Below are positions 9,652 to 17,895 of a DNA stretch of 64,000 nucleotides, one piece after another. This DNA comes from an uncultured Bdellovibrionales bacterium (lineage in GTDB: Bacteria > Patescibacteriota > Minisyncoccia > Moranbacterales > GWC2-37-73). Under the pieces are notes generated by a model, which was not told the DNA's origin, searched no databases, and saw only the letters and a program-made list of their open reading frames with translations. The stretch's first letter is position 1. Every line of letters begins with the position of its first letter. Made by a program: the position numbers and the translations under genes. The stretch spans positions 94-64,093 of the forward strand of contig CAZSTB010000007.1 in the NCBI GenBank assembly GCA_964609855.1. The letters run 5' to 3'.

Positions 9652-10098
9652 CTAACCAACTCTTGTCAGCACTATCCCATCATCACTGGACATTATCAAT
9701 TGTGCGTGCAGATGTTGCACGGTAGCTCCAGTCTTTCCGGTACTTTCAGAAGAACGCATCAATAAAGTACTGTGAGTAATATCAAGCATTTTCTTAACTT
9801 CCTTAACAGCATCCCATAAATCCAATATTTCTTCCTTGGTCATTTCTTCAGGATTCAAGATGTGGCGCTTAATTACCAATATGAGGTGCTCCTTTGTGTT
9901 TTCATAAGGCCAGGCATTTCTTGTCACTATCCAGGAATCATTTTCCACCAAAATTGGATTAGGATGATAAGTTGGTTTAACCTTATCCACAAAATCATGG
10001 CAAAAGGGACAAACTCCATCTGCAATAATTTTTTTCAGTGCTTCAACATAATCTTTACTGCGTGCAGCATTTTTCAAATCTAATCCGCTTTTATTCAT
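9652..10098 (-). CDS. HIT-superfamily protein, HxHxQ type
   Basis: CPFC, NAWPY, HLILVIKRH, TVQHLHAQL. Confidence 0.85.
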   Translation of the reverse strand: MNKSGLDLKNAARSKDYVEALKKIIADGVCPFCHDFVDKVKPTYHPNPILVENDSWIVTRNAWPYENTKEHLILVIKRHILNPEEMTKEEILDLWDAVKEVKKMLDITHSTLLMRSSESTGKTGATVQHLHAQLIMSSDDGIVLTRVG

Positions 10099-10126
10099 AC
10101 TTTTTGATATTTTAATTTATGGGGGA

Positions 10127-11104
10127 CTATATTGGAGTTGGGATCTTAAACCAAGGCTCTGTTGGTTTATAATCTTCAAGAACAAAATCTTCTTTACGAA
10201 AATCTTGAATTCTTGTCACTTCCCTATTTAGCTTTAGTTTTACAGTTGGAAATGCACCCGGCTTGATAGAAAGAATCTTATCTACAGATTCAGTCTGAAC
10301 ATCGTAGTAATGAGGATTAGAAATAAAATGAGTATACTTCACAAACTTATAACCCAATATATGCGCAACCATCAACCCAAGTGCGGACCATTCAATCAGA
10401 TTAAATTGAAGCCCCACTGGCACGTCAGCTGAACGCTGTGTGTGTGTCATTTCCAGTTCTTTCTGCTTATCAAAAAGAACAAAATGAACGAAATTACCAT
10501 GACATGGAGCAACAACCACTTCCCTCTTGAATCCCTGCTCTTCATCCCCCATGGATAGTGGCGGATTCCAAGTTGTCAAAACATGGGTTCGCAAAAAAGG
10601 TGCTTTTTCCATTTGTCTTTGAACTGCCGTAACTTGATCAAATTGTCCTTTAGTGGACTGAAAATGTGCCAAAGATGCTCCGTATGATCCATTACCCAAA
10701 TCACCTTCTTCCAATCCGAAGTTTGCACATTTTTCCTTGGTAACCCAATCCTTCCAAAAAATAGACGGGCAACCGAATTCCTTGAGGCCGCTCAGGGTGC
10801 TTTGTCCATTTAAGAATGCAATCAATTCTCCGATTGCACCATAAAAAGATTTACTAAGATCGCGCTCAGTCAAAACAGGAAAACCATTGGCCATATCGTA
10901 TTGAAGCATGGCTCCAGTTATCTCTTTGGAATTCTGGTGTCCTGAATTAGCGTTTTCATTGAGTCTGGCATGGATAGGCATCTTATCCTTTCCGGTTGTT
11001 TTAATTTTTTTCAGTAATTCTTGATACTGCAAATCTGGAATTCTCTCACTATATGGCAGGTAATCGACACCGCCTTCATTTTTATTTTCAGTATCATTGA
11101 TCAT
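10127..11104 (-). CDS. thyA: Thymidylate synthase (divergent)
   Basis: GFPVLT, GDLG, DQV, WNP, APCH (catalytic Cys), QRSADVPVGLQFN. Confidence 0.9.
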   Translation of the reverse strand: MINDTENKNEGGVDYLPYSERIPDLQYQELLKKIKTTGKDKMPIHARLNENANSGHQNSKEITGAMLQYDMANGFPVLTERDLSKSFYGAIGELIAFLNGQSTLSGLKEFGCPSIFWKDWVTKEKCANFGLEEGDLGNGSYGASLAHFQSTKGQFDQVTAVQRQMEKAPFLRTHVLTTWNPPLSMGDEEQGFKREVVVAPCHGNFVHFVLFDKQKELEMTHTQRSADVPVGLQFNLIEWSALGLMVAHILGYKFVKYTHFISNPHYYDVQTESVDKILSIKPGAFPTVKLKLNREVTRIQDFRKEDFVLEDYKPTEPWFKIPTPI

Positions 11105-11124
11105 ATTTTTCTTTTATTTTTTAA

Positions 11125-11682
11125 TTAAAATTGAATATTCTTTTTAATAATCTCATCCATCTGACTATATAATTCCGGATAAGTTCCGTTATTATCAATA
11201 ACGTCGCTGGCATAATTTTTCAAATCAGTAATGTAGGCATCAGCATTGGCTTTATGGTCTTGGCAGAATTGTTCGAAAGTCTTTTCACTGTCACCAGCAT
11301 TTTCACCGCGCGCAATCAATCTTTCATATCTAACTTTTATGTCAGTTTCTATATATATAAGCTTAAATTCTGGAAGCTGTCTCAAAAAAACTATATCCTC
11401 CAATCTTCTGACGCCATCAATCACAACGATGTCATGAACATCATTCTGCACATCATGGAACATGCTTTTAGCAAGTACATCCTCCCCATAGTTTTTTCTT
11501 AAGGCCAAAGACAATGTTGAGATATTCTCACGACTTTGCTCAACATGAACGCGATCAAGAATATCCCTAAGAATTTGAGAAAATTTGTATGATCCTGCGT
11601 TATGACCCTGAATGACATGTTGCACAATTGCCCCCTTACCGCTCCCCATCTCTCCAGCAATACCCAGAATTAATTTAGCCAT
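11125..11682 (-). CDS. P-loop nucleotide monophosphate kinase / dephospho-CoA kinase-like protein
   Basis: GIAGEMGSGKG, VVIDGVRRLED, RYERLIARG, IDNNG. Confidence 0.8.
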   Translation of the reverse strand: MAKLILGIAGEMGSGKGAIVQHVIQGHNAGSYKFSQILRDILDRVHVEQSRENISTLSLALRKNYGEDVLAKSMFHDVQNDVHDIVVIDGVRRLEDIVFLRQLPEFKLIYIETDIKVRYERLIARGENAGDSEKTFEQFCQDHKANADAYITDLKNYASDVIDNNGTYPELYSQMDEIIKKNIQF

Positions 11683-11852
11683 AAAAATTCATTAGACATT
11701 CAAGCATTTAAACATTCAAACAACTTGCCTAAATGCTTACATGTTTAAATGTTTGGATGATTTAATTGCCTTTATTGTAGCGCCTAAGGTTGATAAAGTC
11801 AAAAAATATTACAACACAAAAAAGACACCCTTGAGAGTGTCTTTTTGCTTTG

Positions 11853-11905
11853 TGTCATCCTGAACTTTTCAAGATCTAGATTCCGAGTCCAAGTCCGGAA
11901 TGACA
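11853..11905. repeat. Degenerate TGTC REP dimer just downstream of rplA
   Basis: TGTCATCCTGAACTTTTCAAGATCT-AGATTCCGAGTCCAAGTCCGGAATGACA. Confidence 0.8.
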
Positions 11906-11910
11906 AGGTA

Positions 11911-12588
11911 TTACAAGATAACTTTAACTCCTGGTCCCATGGTTGAACAAACAGAAACAGAAACCATGTATTTTCCTTTCACTCCAGATGGACGAGCTTT
12001 CTGAATTGCGTCAACAAATGCTGCATAATTTTCTTCAAGTTTTTTCGCATCAAAAGAAAGTTTTCCGATTACCTGATGAACATTTCCAGTATTATCGTTC
12101 TTGAAAGAAAGCTTACCTTTCTTAAGTGATTCAACAGCTTCTTTAATTTTATCAGTAACGGTTTCAGTCTTAGGACTTGGCATTAAGCCTCGGGGCCCAA
12201 GGATCTTAGCTACGCTGGCAAGTTTCGGCATCATTTCCGGACTAGCCACAATAACATCAACTTCTTCCATTTTTCCAAGTTTGATTTTTTCAATAAGTTC
12301 TTCTCCGCCAACGATGTCAGCACCGGCATCCTGAGCTTCCTTAGTTTTAGTTGAAGTAACTACTGCAACTCTTGCAGTTTTTCCTGTTCCATGAGGAAGC
12401 ACGATTGCTCCACGGACTTGCTCATCTCCTTTTTTTGGATCAACTGCAAGTTTGATGTGAACCTCAACAGATTCATCAAATTTTGCAATCTTTCCCTCTC
12501 GTACGATCTGCAAAGCCTCAACTACATCATACAATTTATTCTTTTCAACTTTTTCGGCAACGCCGCGATACTTTTTTCCGTGTTTCAT
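11911..12588 (-). CDS. rplA: 50S ribosomal protein L1
   Basis: KFDESVE, LPHGTGK, ILGPRGLMPSPK, STMGPG. Confidence 0.98.
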   Translation of the reverse strand: MKHGKKYRGVAEKVEKNKLYDVVEALQIVREGKIAKFDESVEVHIKLAVDPKKGDEQVRGAIVLPHGTGKTARVAVVTSTKTKEAQDAGADIVGGEELIEKIKLGKMEEVDVIVASPEMMPKLASVAKILGPRGLMPSPKTETVTDKIKEAVESLKKGKLSFKNDNTGNVHQVIGKLSFDAKKLEENYAAFVDAIQKARPSGVKGKYMVSVSVCSTMGPGVKVIL

Positions 12589-12597
12589 AGTTTTTAT

Positions 12598-12634
12598 GTG
12601 GTCAACGATTGTGCATTTAGCACATATCTCCCAC
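12598..12634 (-). promoter_or_regulatory. L1-binding autoregulatory leader
   Basis: Minus strand GTGGGAG-hairpin-CGTTGACCAC just upstream of rplA, resembling Firmicute-type L1 leaders. Confidence 0.65.
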
Positions 12635-12797
12635 TATTATAAATTTAATTAATCTTACTGTATTTATTAATTTTCAATTTTCAGTTCTCAATTTTCATTG
12701 AATTTTCATTTTTTTAATTTTCAAAAACAATTTGATTGCTTTATTACTCATTCGCCTATGGCGAAATTATTGTAAATTGAAAATTGATCATTGAAAA

Positions 12798-13223
12798 TTA
12801 CTCCTCTATTTTTATTCCCATTGAGCGAGCAGTTCCAGCCACAATATTCATTGCTCCTTCAACATCATTAGCATTAAGATCAACCATCTTAGTCTTAGCA
12901 ATTTCTTCCAATTGAGCCTTGGTAACTTTTCCAACTTTTTCCTTCAACGGATTTGCAGCACCCTTTGATGCACCTGCAGCTTTCTTTAAAAGTTCAGCAG
13001 CTGGGGCAGTTTTCATAATGAAGTCGAATGAACGATCTTCATACACAGTGATTTCTACAGGCACAACTTCACCCATTTTTTCGCGGGTTGCATCATTGAA
13101 ACGTACGCAGAATTCTTGAATTGCAACGCCATGCTGACCCAATACTGGTCCTACTGGAGGCGCTGGATTCGCTTTTCCACCAACAATTTGTAACTTGATA
13201 ACTGTCTTGATTTTCTTTGCCAT
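12798..13223 (-). CDS. rplK: 50S ribosomal protein L11
   Basis: [35 protein letters not shown]. Confidence 0.98.
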   Translation of the reverse strand: MAKKIKTVIKLQIVGGKANPAPPVGPVLGQHGVAIQEFCVRFNDATREKMGEVVPVEITVYEDRSFDFIMKTAPAAELLKKAAGASKGAANPLKEKVGKVTKAQLEEIAKTKMVDLNANDVEGAMNIVAGTARSMGIKIEE

Positions 13224-13295
13224 AAAAGTTTAAACATTTTAGCATTTAAGCATTTTATCATGCTTATGTGCTTGGATGCTTGTATGTAAAATGAT

Positions 13296-13841
13296 TTATA
13301 TCTTGTTAATTTGTAAAAAGTCTAGTTCCACTGGAGTTTCGCGCCCGAAAATAGTAACAAGCACTTTAACCTTTCCTTTCTCTTCATCAAAGTCTTGAAC
13401 TTTTCCATCAAAATCCTTGAAAGGGCCTTCATTGATCTTAACTGCATCTCCCATTTTAAGATCAATTTTATATTTGGGTTCAGATACTCCCATGCGTTTT
13501 TTCAGCATATCGATCTCACGAGGATCAACCGGCGTAGGAGTTGTTCCAAGTCCAATAAATCCAGTCACATTCGGAGTGTTACGAACCACATACCACGACG
13601 CGTCAGTCACAACCATATTCACCAGCACGTATCCAGGATAAATGCGCTCCTCAATAACTGTACGTTTTCCATTTTTAATCTTGATCTTATTCTCTTTCGG
13701 AACCATTACATCAAAAATGAGGTCTTGCATATCCATTGATTCAATACGCTGCTTCAAGTTTCTTGTAACATTATCCTCGTAACCTGAATATGTATGAATA
13801 ACATACCAAGCTCTTCCATGATGTTGTGTCTGCTTTGCCAT
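13296..13841 (-). CDS. nusG: Transcription termination/antitermination factor NusG
   Basis: WYVIHTYSGYE, YPGYVLV, VRNTPNVTGF, IFGRETPVEL. Confidence 0.98.
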   Translation of the reverse strand: MAKQTQHHGRAWYVIHTYSGYEDNVTRNLKQRIESMDMQDLIFDVMVPKENKIKIKNGKRTVIEERIYPGYVLVNMVVTDASWYVVRNTPNVTGFIGLGTTPTPVDPREIDMLKKRMGVSEPKYKIDLKMGDAVKINEGPFKDFDGKVQDFDEEKGKVKVLVTIFGRETPVELDFLQINKI

Positions 13842-13945
13842 TTTAATAATGCGATTCGAATCTACGAATGAACATGCGAATCAACGAATGAAATTTTCAT
13901 TCGAGTCATTCGAGTCCATTTTCGTGTCATTCGAATCGGCTCAGA

Positions 13946-14134
13946 TTATTTGATAATATATGTTCTTAAAATATATCCGAAAGCCGAATCTAATCCTCCG
14001 AGAAATGCCGCAACTACAATGCTTACGCCTACCACTAGCAATGTATAATTCAACGTCTGCTTTTTTGTCGGCCAATTAACCTTTAACATCTCAGCCTTCG
14101 CTTCCAAAATGAATTTTGTAATTTTTTGAAACAT
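13946..14134 (-). CDS. secE: Preprotein translocase subunit SecE
   Basis: EMLKVNWP plus one TM helix; upstream of nusG. Confidence 0.93.
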   Translation of the reverse strand: MFQKITKFILEAKAEMLKVNWPTKKQTLNYTLLVVGVSIVVAAFLGGLDSAFGYILRTYIIK

Positions 14135-14374
14135 CTTCTTTATGCGATACCAAACTACATGAACCTAAATGCAGTAAACATCTTTTCTTGTACTTTTCGT
14201 ACCGATTTTTTAGAGTTTTTTAAAAAGCCCCGGGAGGCTTCTTCTTGCTTTAAATGTACACTACTCCCGCTTTTTTGTCAAGATAAAGCCAAATTTATCG
14301 AAATTAAACAAATAATGCCTCTGGGTATGGACAAATATTTTAGTTCTTGTATAATAACTTCTGTAGCTCATTAT

Positions 14375-14447
14375 GGGCCGGTAGCTCACCTGGTAGAGCG
14401 CCTCACTTGCACTGAGGAGGTAGCGGGTTCAAGTCCTGTCCGGTCCA
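14375..14447 (+). tRNA. tRNA-Ala(TGC)
   Basis: GGGCCGG/CCGGTCC acceptor with G3:U70, CCTCA-CTTGCAC-TGAGG anticodon arm, GGTTCAAGTCC; CCA not encoded. Confidence 0.96.
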
Positions 14448-14518
14448 CCCAATATTAATAATTTGAAATTTCAAATTTTAAATTTAAAATTAAGGAGTCG
14501 CTTTGCGACGGTTTTTTA

Positions 14519-14592
14519 GGGCTTATAGCTCAGTTGGTTAGAGCGCGTCACTGATAATGACGAGGTCTCTGGTTCAAATCCAGATAAGCCCA
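14519..14592 (+). tRNA. tRNA-Ile(GAT)
   Basis: GGGCTTA/TAAGCCC acceptor, CGTCA-CTGATAA-TGACG, GGTTCAAATCC; CCA not encoded. Confidence 0.96.
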
Positions 14593-14635
14593 CCTAAATA
14601 CTACGAAATGGCCAGGGCTCGCCCGCCGCGGCGGG

Positions 14636-14674
14636 TAATGACGAGGTCTCTGGTTCAAATCCAGATAAGCCCAC
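14636..14674 (+). repeat. Exact 39-bp duplicate of the tRNA-Ile 3' half (att-like)
   Basis: Identical to 14555-14593. Confidence 0.92.
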
Positions 14675-14831
14675 ATTTTAATCCCGAAAGGGATTTTTTG
14701 TTATCCATAAACATTGACATCGGTTATTAAAGGAATATATTTGAGATATCGGCGCTACTAAGAGGAGGTGAAAATTCGCCTAAATAAGCCGCGACTGATA
14801 AGAGCACTTTCAAAACTTGACGGAGGAAACC

Positions 14832-15125
14832 ATGAGTGGAAATGGAATGCCAAGAAGTGATTGTGATTACAAACACAGACCCAGCAAAAAGCGACTCGAG
14901 AAACAATTGAGACAGCTTAATGCGCAGACAAAGAGGAAAGAAGCGTCAAACGGATTCCTCGAAAAAAAACTTGCCGAGGAAAGTAGTGACCAAACAGTTC
15001 CAATCATGGAGCCAGGATTTTCCTTGGAAGATATGGAAGAACCGCTTCAAAAAGGTAATCTTCCAACTTCAAAAAAAGACATAAGAAACCATTTTCGTGA
15101 AAAAAGAGGTCTCGCTCCAGTCTAA
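14832..15125 (+). CDS. Hypothetical charged protein
   Basis: GGAGG SD before ATG 14832; TTGACA-N16-TATATT at 14714-14741. Confidence 0.55.
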   Translation: MSGNGMPRSDCDYKHRPSKKRLEKQLRQLNAQTKRKEASNGFLEKKLAEESSDQTVPIMEPGFSLEDMEEPLQKGNLPTSKKDIRNHFREKRGLAPV

Positions 15126-15152
15126 CAGGCAACCAGCACTAAGGAGGCAGTT

Positions 15153-15368
15153 ATGCCAGCCGCCGCATCTAGCGAACCCGCGAGAATGCAGAATACAAAT
15201 AAGCAAAAACAACCTCCAAAATGGCTATTTAAAAAATTCAACAATCCGGGTATTTGCGAAATAAAAGGATACAAAACGTTAACTAATACTTTTGTGTGCT
15301 CGGGCTGTCAAAAAAACCTGGAAATTTCAATCTTTCTTGAATCTCCCATTTGCGAATGCGATAGTTAA
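15153..15368 (+). CDS. Small Cys-containing hypothetical protein
   Basis: AAGGAGG SD; CSGC and CEC; hairpin terminator near 15377-15410. Confidence 0.45.
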   Translation: MPAAASSEPARMQNTNKQKQPPKWLFKKFNNPGICEIKGYKTLTNTFVCSGCQKNLEISIFLESPICECDS

Positions 15369-15426
15369 AGAAAGCTAGAGCCAGACAATCATTGTCTGGC
15401 TCTCTTTATTTTCATTTTGCTAATAG

Positions 15427-16344
15427 CTATTTCTTCAAAAACTTCTGCACACTATGTGCAGCAATTGCACCCTCGGAAGCGGCAGTTATAATTTGCTTGA
15501 ATTTATCAGAACCATTTGTGATATCACCTGCCGCCCAGATTCCTTTCTCACTAGTTCTGCCTGATGGATCTATTTTAATATAACCCTCTTCATCAATTTC
15601 AATTTCTAGGTCCTTCGCGAGATCAGTTAATGGTACGCTCCCAATTTCTGCAAAGACACCGTCGACTTTTAAAATATCTGAATTTTCATAAGGATTATCC
15701 AAAACTACAGACTCAACATTTTCGCTTCCCCTTATTTCTTTAAGGTTAGTATTATATAACATCTTGATTTTAGGATTTTTCTCGATTGCCGCACCCCAGA
15801 AAGATTCACACCTAAGCTTATCTCCTCGATAAATCATATAAACTTTTTCAGCAATATCGCCCAAAAACACTGCCGCGCCAGCTGCACTGTCATTTCCACC
15901 AATTATTGCCACGGTCTTTCCTTTATAGAAAAATCCGTCACATGTCGCACAATATGAGACACCCTTACCGGCAAACTCCTTTTCTCCAGGAATTCCCAAG
16001 TGTCGATGCTTAGTTCCCATTGCAAGTAATACGGTTTTAGCTTCTATTTTTTTTCCATCACTTACAAATAAAGTGAATGTCTCGCCAGTCCTTTTAATTT
16101 CATCCACTAATGCAGGAATAATATCACTGTCGTAACTCTTGACGTGCTCACTGGCTTTCATCGCATATTCATAGCCTTTAATTTTTTCCGTGCCGAGCCA
16201 ATTGCCAATTTCATGAGTCTGCGTCGTCAGACCACCTGCAACACCTCCAATTACAACATTTTTGATGCCGTAGCGAGACGCATATACCGAAGCGCTAAGT
16301 CCGGCCGGACCTGCGCCAACAATAGCTAAGTCAAAAATTTCCAT
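15427..16344 (-). CDS. trxB: Thioredoxin reductase
   Basis: GAGPAG, GKGVSYCATCDG, GIWAAGD. Confidence 0.93.
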   Translation of the reverse strand: MEIFDLAIVGAGPAGLSASVYASRYGIKNVVIGGVAGGLTTQTHEIGNWLGTEKIKGYEYAMKASEHVKSYDSDIIPALVDEIKRTGETFTLFVSDGKKIEAKTVLLAMGTKHRHLGIPGEKEFAGKGVSYCATCDGFFYKGKTVAIIGGNDSAAGAAVFLGDIAEKVYMIYRGDKLRCESFWGAAIEKNPKIKMLYNTNLKEIRGSENVESVVLDNPYENSDILKVDGVFAEIGSVPLTDLAKDLEIEIDEEGYIKIDPSGRTSEKGIWAAGDITNGSDKFKQIITAASEGAIAAHSVQKFLKK

Positions 16345-16467
16345 ATAGTAAAATATTTTTTATAATTATATTTATTGACTAAATTTAAATGTCAAAATCT
16401 AAATTTCAAACAAAATTCTCAAATCCTAATTTTTAGTCATTTTATCACTTGGATTTGAGATTTTTCC

Positions 16468-16746
16468 CTATTTCATCTTGAAAAGACTCTTGAGATATTT
16501 CTCATCAAACTTTGCCTTTCCTTCCCATTTGCAAACGAAATCATTCTTAAGCATTTCAATGCCTAACATGGAAACAGCTTCTCGAATTGCGGTAACCTGC
16601 GTAATCACGTCGATGCATTCCTTTTTCTCTTCAACCATGCGGCGAATACCTTTGAGTTGACCTTCAATTCTAGAAATCCGATTTATAATTTTTTCTTGCG
16701 CCAAAGCGATATCTCTCTCTTTAATACTTTTCTTGGAAACTACCAT
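16468..16746 (-). CDS. CsoR/RcnR-family repressor
   Basis: NRISRIEGQLKGIRRMVEE..CIDVITQ; the canonical His ligand is absent. Confidence 0.9.
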   Translation of the reverse strand: MVVSKKSIKERDIALAQEKIINRISRIEGQLKGIRRMVEEKKECIDVITQVTAIREAVSMLGIEMLKNDFVCKWEGKAKFDEKYLKSLFKMK

Positions 16747-16767
16747 AAATTTTTTAACTATTATCGA

Positions 16768-16971
16768 TTACTCCTGCTTCCTTCTAATTGTACTGATATC
16801 TAAAAATTTGTATAAAAAGCAAAATCCCATTGTAAAAGTTACGGTCATCATTAGTGCCAACACGTAAAGCACTAGTCTTGCCCAGCCATCAACAAGGAAA
16901 CTTCCTGCAGCTAAGAAAACCAACACTAATATGAAACGGATAATCCGATCCCAAATTCCTACATTTTGCAT
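16768..16971 (-). CDS. DUF2892/YgaP-like small membrane protein
   Basis: NVGIWDRIIR...GFCFLY; two TM segments. Confidence 0.85.
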   Translation of the reverse strand: MQNVGIWDRIIRFILVLVFLAAGSFLVDGWARLVLYVLALMMTVTFTMGFCFLYKFLDISTIRRKQE

Positions 16972-17009
16972 AATTATTTTTATATTGAAAAATTAAATTT
17001 TTATGCTTA

Positions 17010-17030
17010 TTATACCCTACAGGGGTATAA
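17010..17030. promoter_or_regulatory. CsoR/CstR-type operator
   Basis: TTATACCC-TACAG-GGGTATAA upstream of the DUF2892-csoR-trxB genes. Confidence 0.75.
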
Positions 17031-17125
17031 TAATTCAAAAAACTGCTTCCGTCAAATAATTCCTTGTGAATATAAAAATTTTTATTCAACGAAAATAAGT
17101 ATGGTTTTTGGCATTAATTAAGTGC

Positions 17126-17881
17126 CTACTTTTTCCTACCTACTAATACAATATTCCTCCCGTCAGGAATTTCACATTTCTCAATTTCAAAGCCAGCTTT
17201 TTCAAAAAGAACTTTCAACTCACCCTTAGTGAATGCGTGATGGAATCGCTCGAATTTCTTGCCATCATTATCCGTAAAAGTAATCAAGCAATCATTCCAA
17301 TCAAGGTTTTTCACTACACTATCGTTTAGTGAACCGGCACTACGAATGCCGGACATGCGAATCAACATTTTAAAAATTTTATTTTTCCAATTTTTCAGGA
17401 TATTTTTTAAATATTTTTTTTGCCAAAGATACCAAACCGTTATCACAACATATCCCCCACTTTTCGTTTTATTATAAAGTTCATTCGCGATACTTGAGCG
17501 ATATTTTTTAGATGGAAAATGATGAAAAACAGCTATGGAATAAACGGTATTGAAAAAAACATCATCAAATGGTAGAGTAGTTTGGATAGGGTCAAGTTTT
17601 GAAAATTCAATATTGACCGCAGAATAGCTTTCAGTCGCCAAATCAATGAGTCCTTGTGACACGTCTGCTCCGTAATATTCAATATCCCTATCACCGATTA
17701 ACTCCAACAGTCGCCCATTACCACATCCGTAGTCAAGAATTTTTCCACCGTCATGGGAATAATCTTTAATAAATTCCAATCCACGCCAAAAATGTTTTCG
17801 TGTCTGCGAAAACTTACCAGATATCAAATCGTATCCAGACTCAGTTTGTGAAAGTATTTTATTTACTGTTTCTTGCTTCAT
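17126..17881 (-). CDS. Class I SAM methyltransferase, Trm9/ALKBH8-like
   Basis: YDLISGKFSQTR, LDYGCGNG, SIAVFHH, ITVW, RFHHAFTKGEL match the Trm9 motif series. Confidence 0.8.
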   Translation of the reverse strand: MKQETVNKILSQTESGYDLISGKFSQTRKHFWRGLEFIKDYSHDGGKILDYGCGNGRLLELIGDRDIEYYGADVSQGLIDLATESYSAVNIEFSKLDPIQTTLPFDDVFFNTVYSIAVFHHFPSKKYRSSIANELYNKTKSGGYVVITVWYLWQKKYLKNILKNWKNKIFKMLIRMSGIRSAGSLNDSVVKNLDWNDCLITFTDNDGKKFERFHHAFTKGELKVLFEKAGFEIEKCEIPDGRNIVLVGRKK

Positions 17882-17895
17882 AATTAAAAATTCCT

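Noticed and set aside
14126-14458. 110-aa ORF
   Set aside because: Overlaps tRNA-Ala and its promoter; no protein motif
14375-14592. Ala/Ile tRNA pair as an rRNA spacer
   Set aside because: No 16S or 23S sequence flanks it
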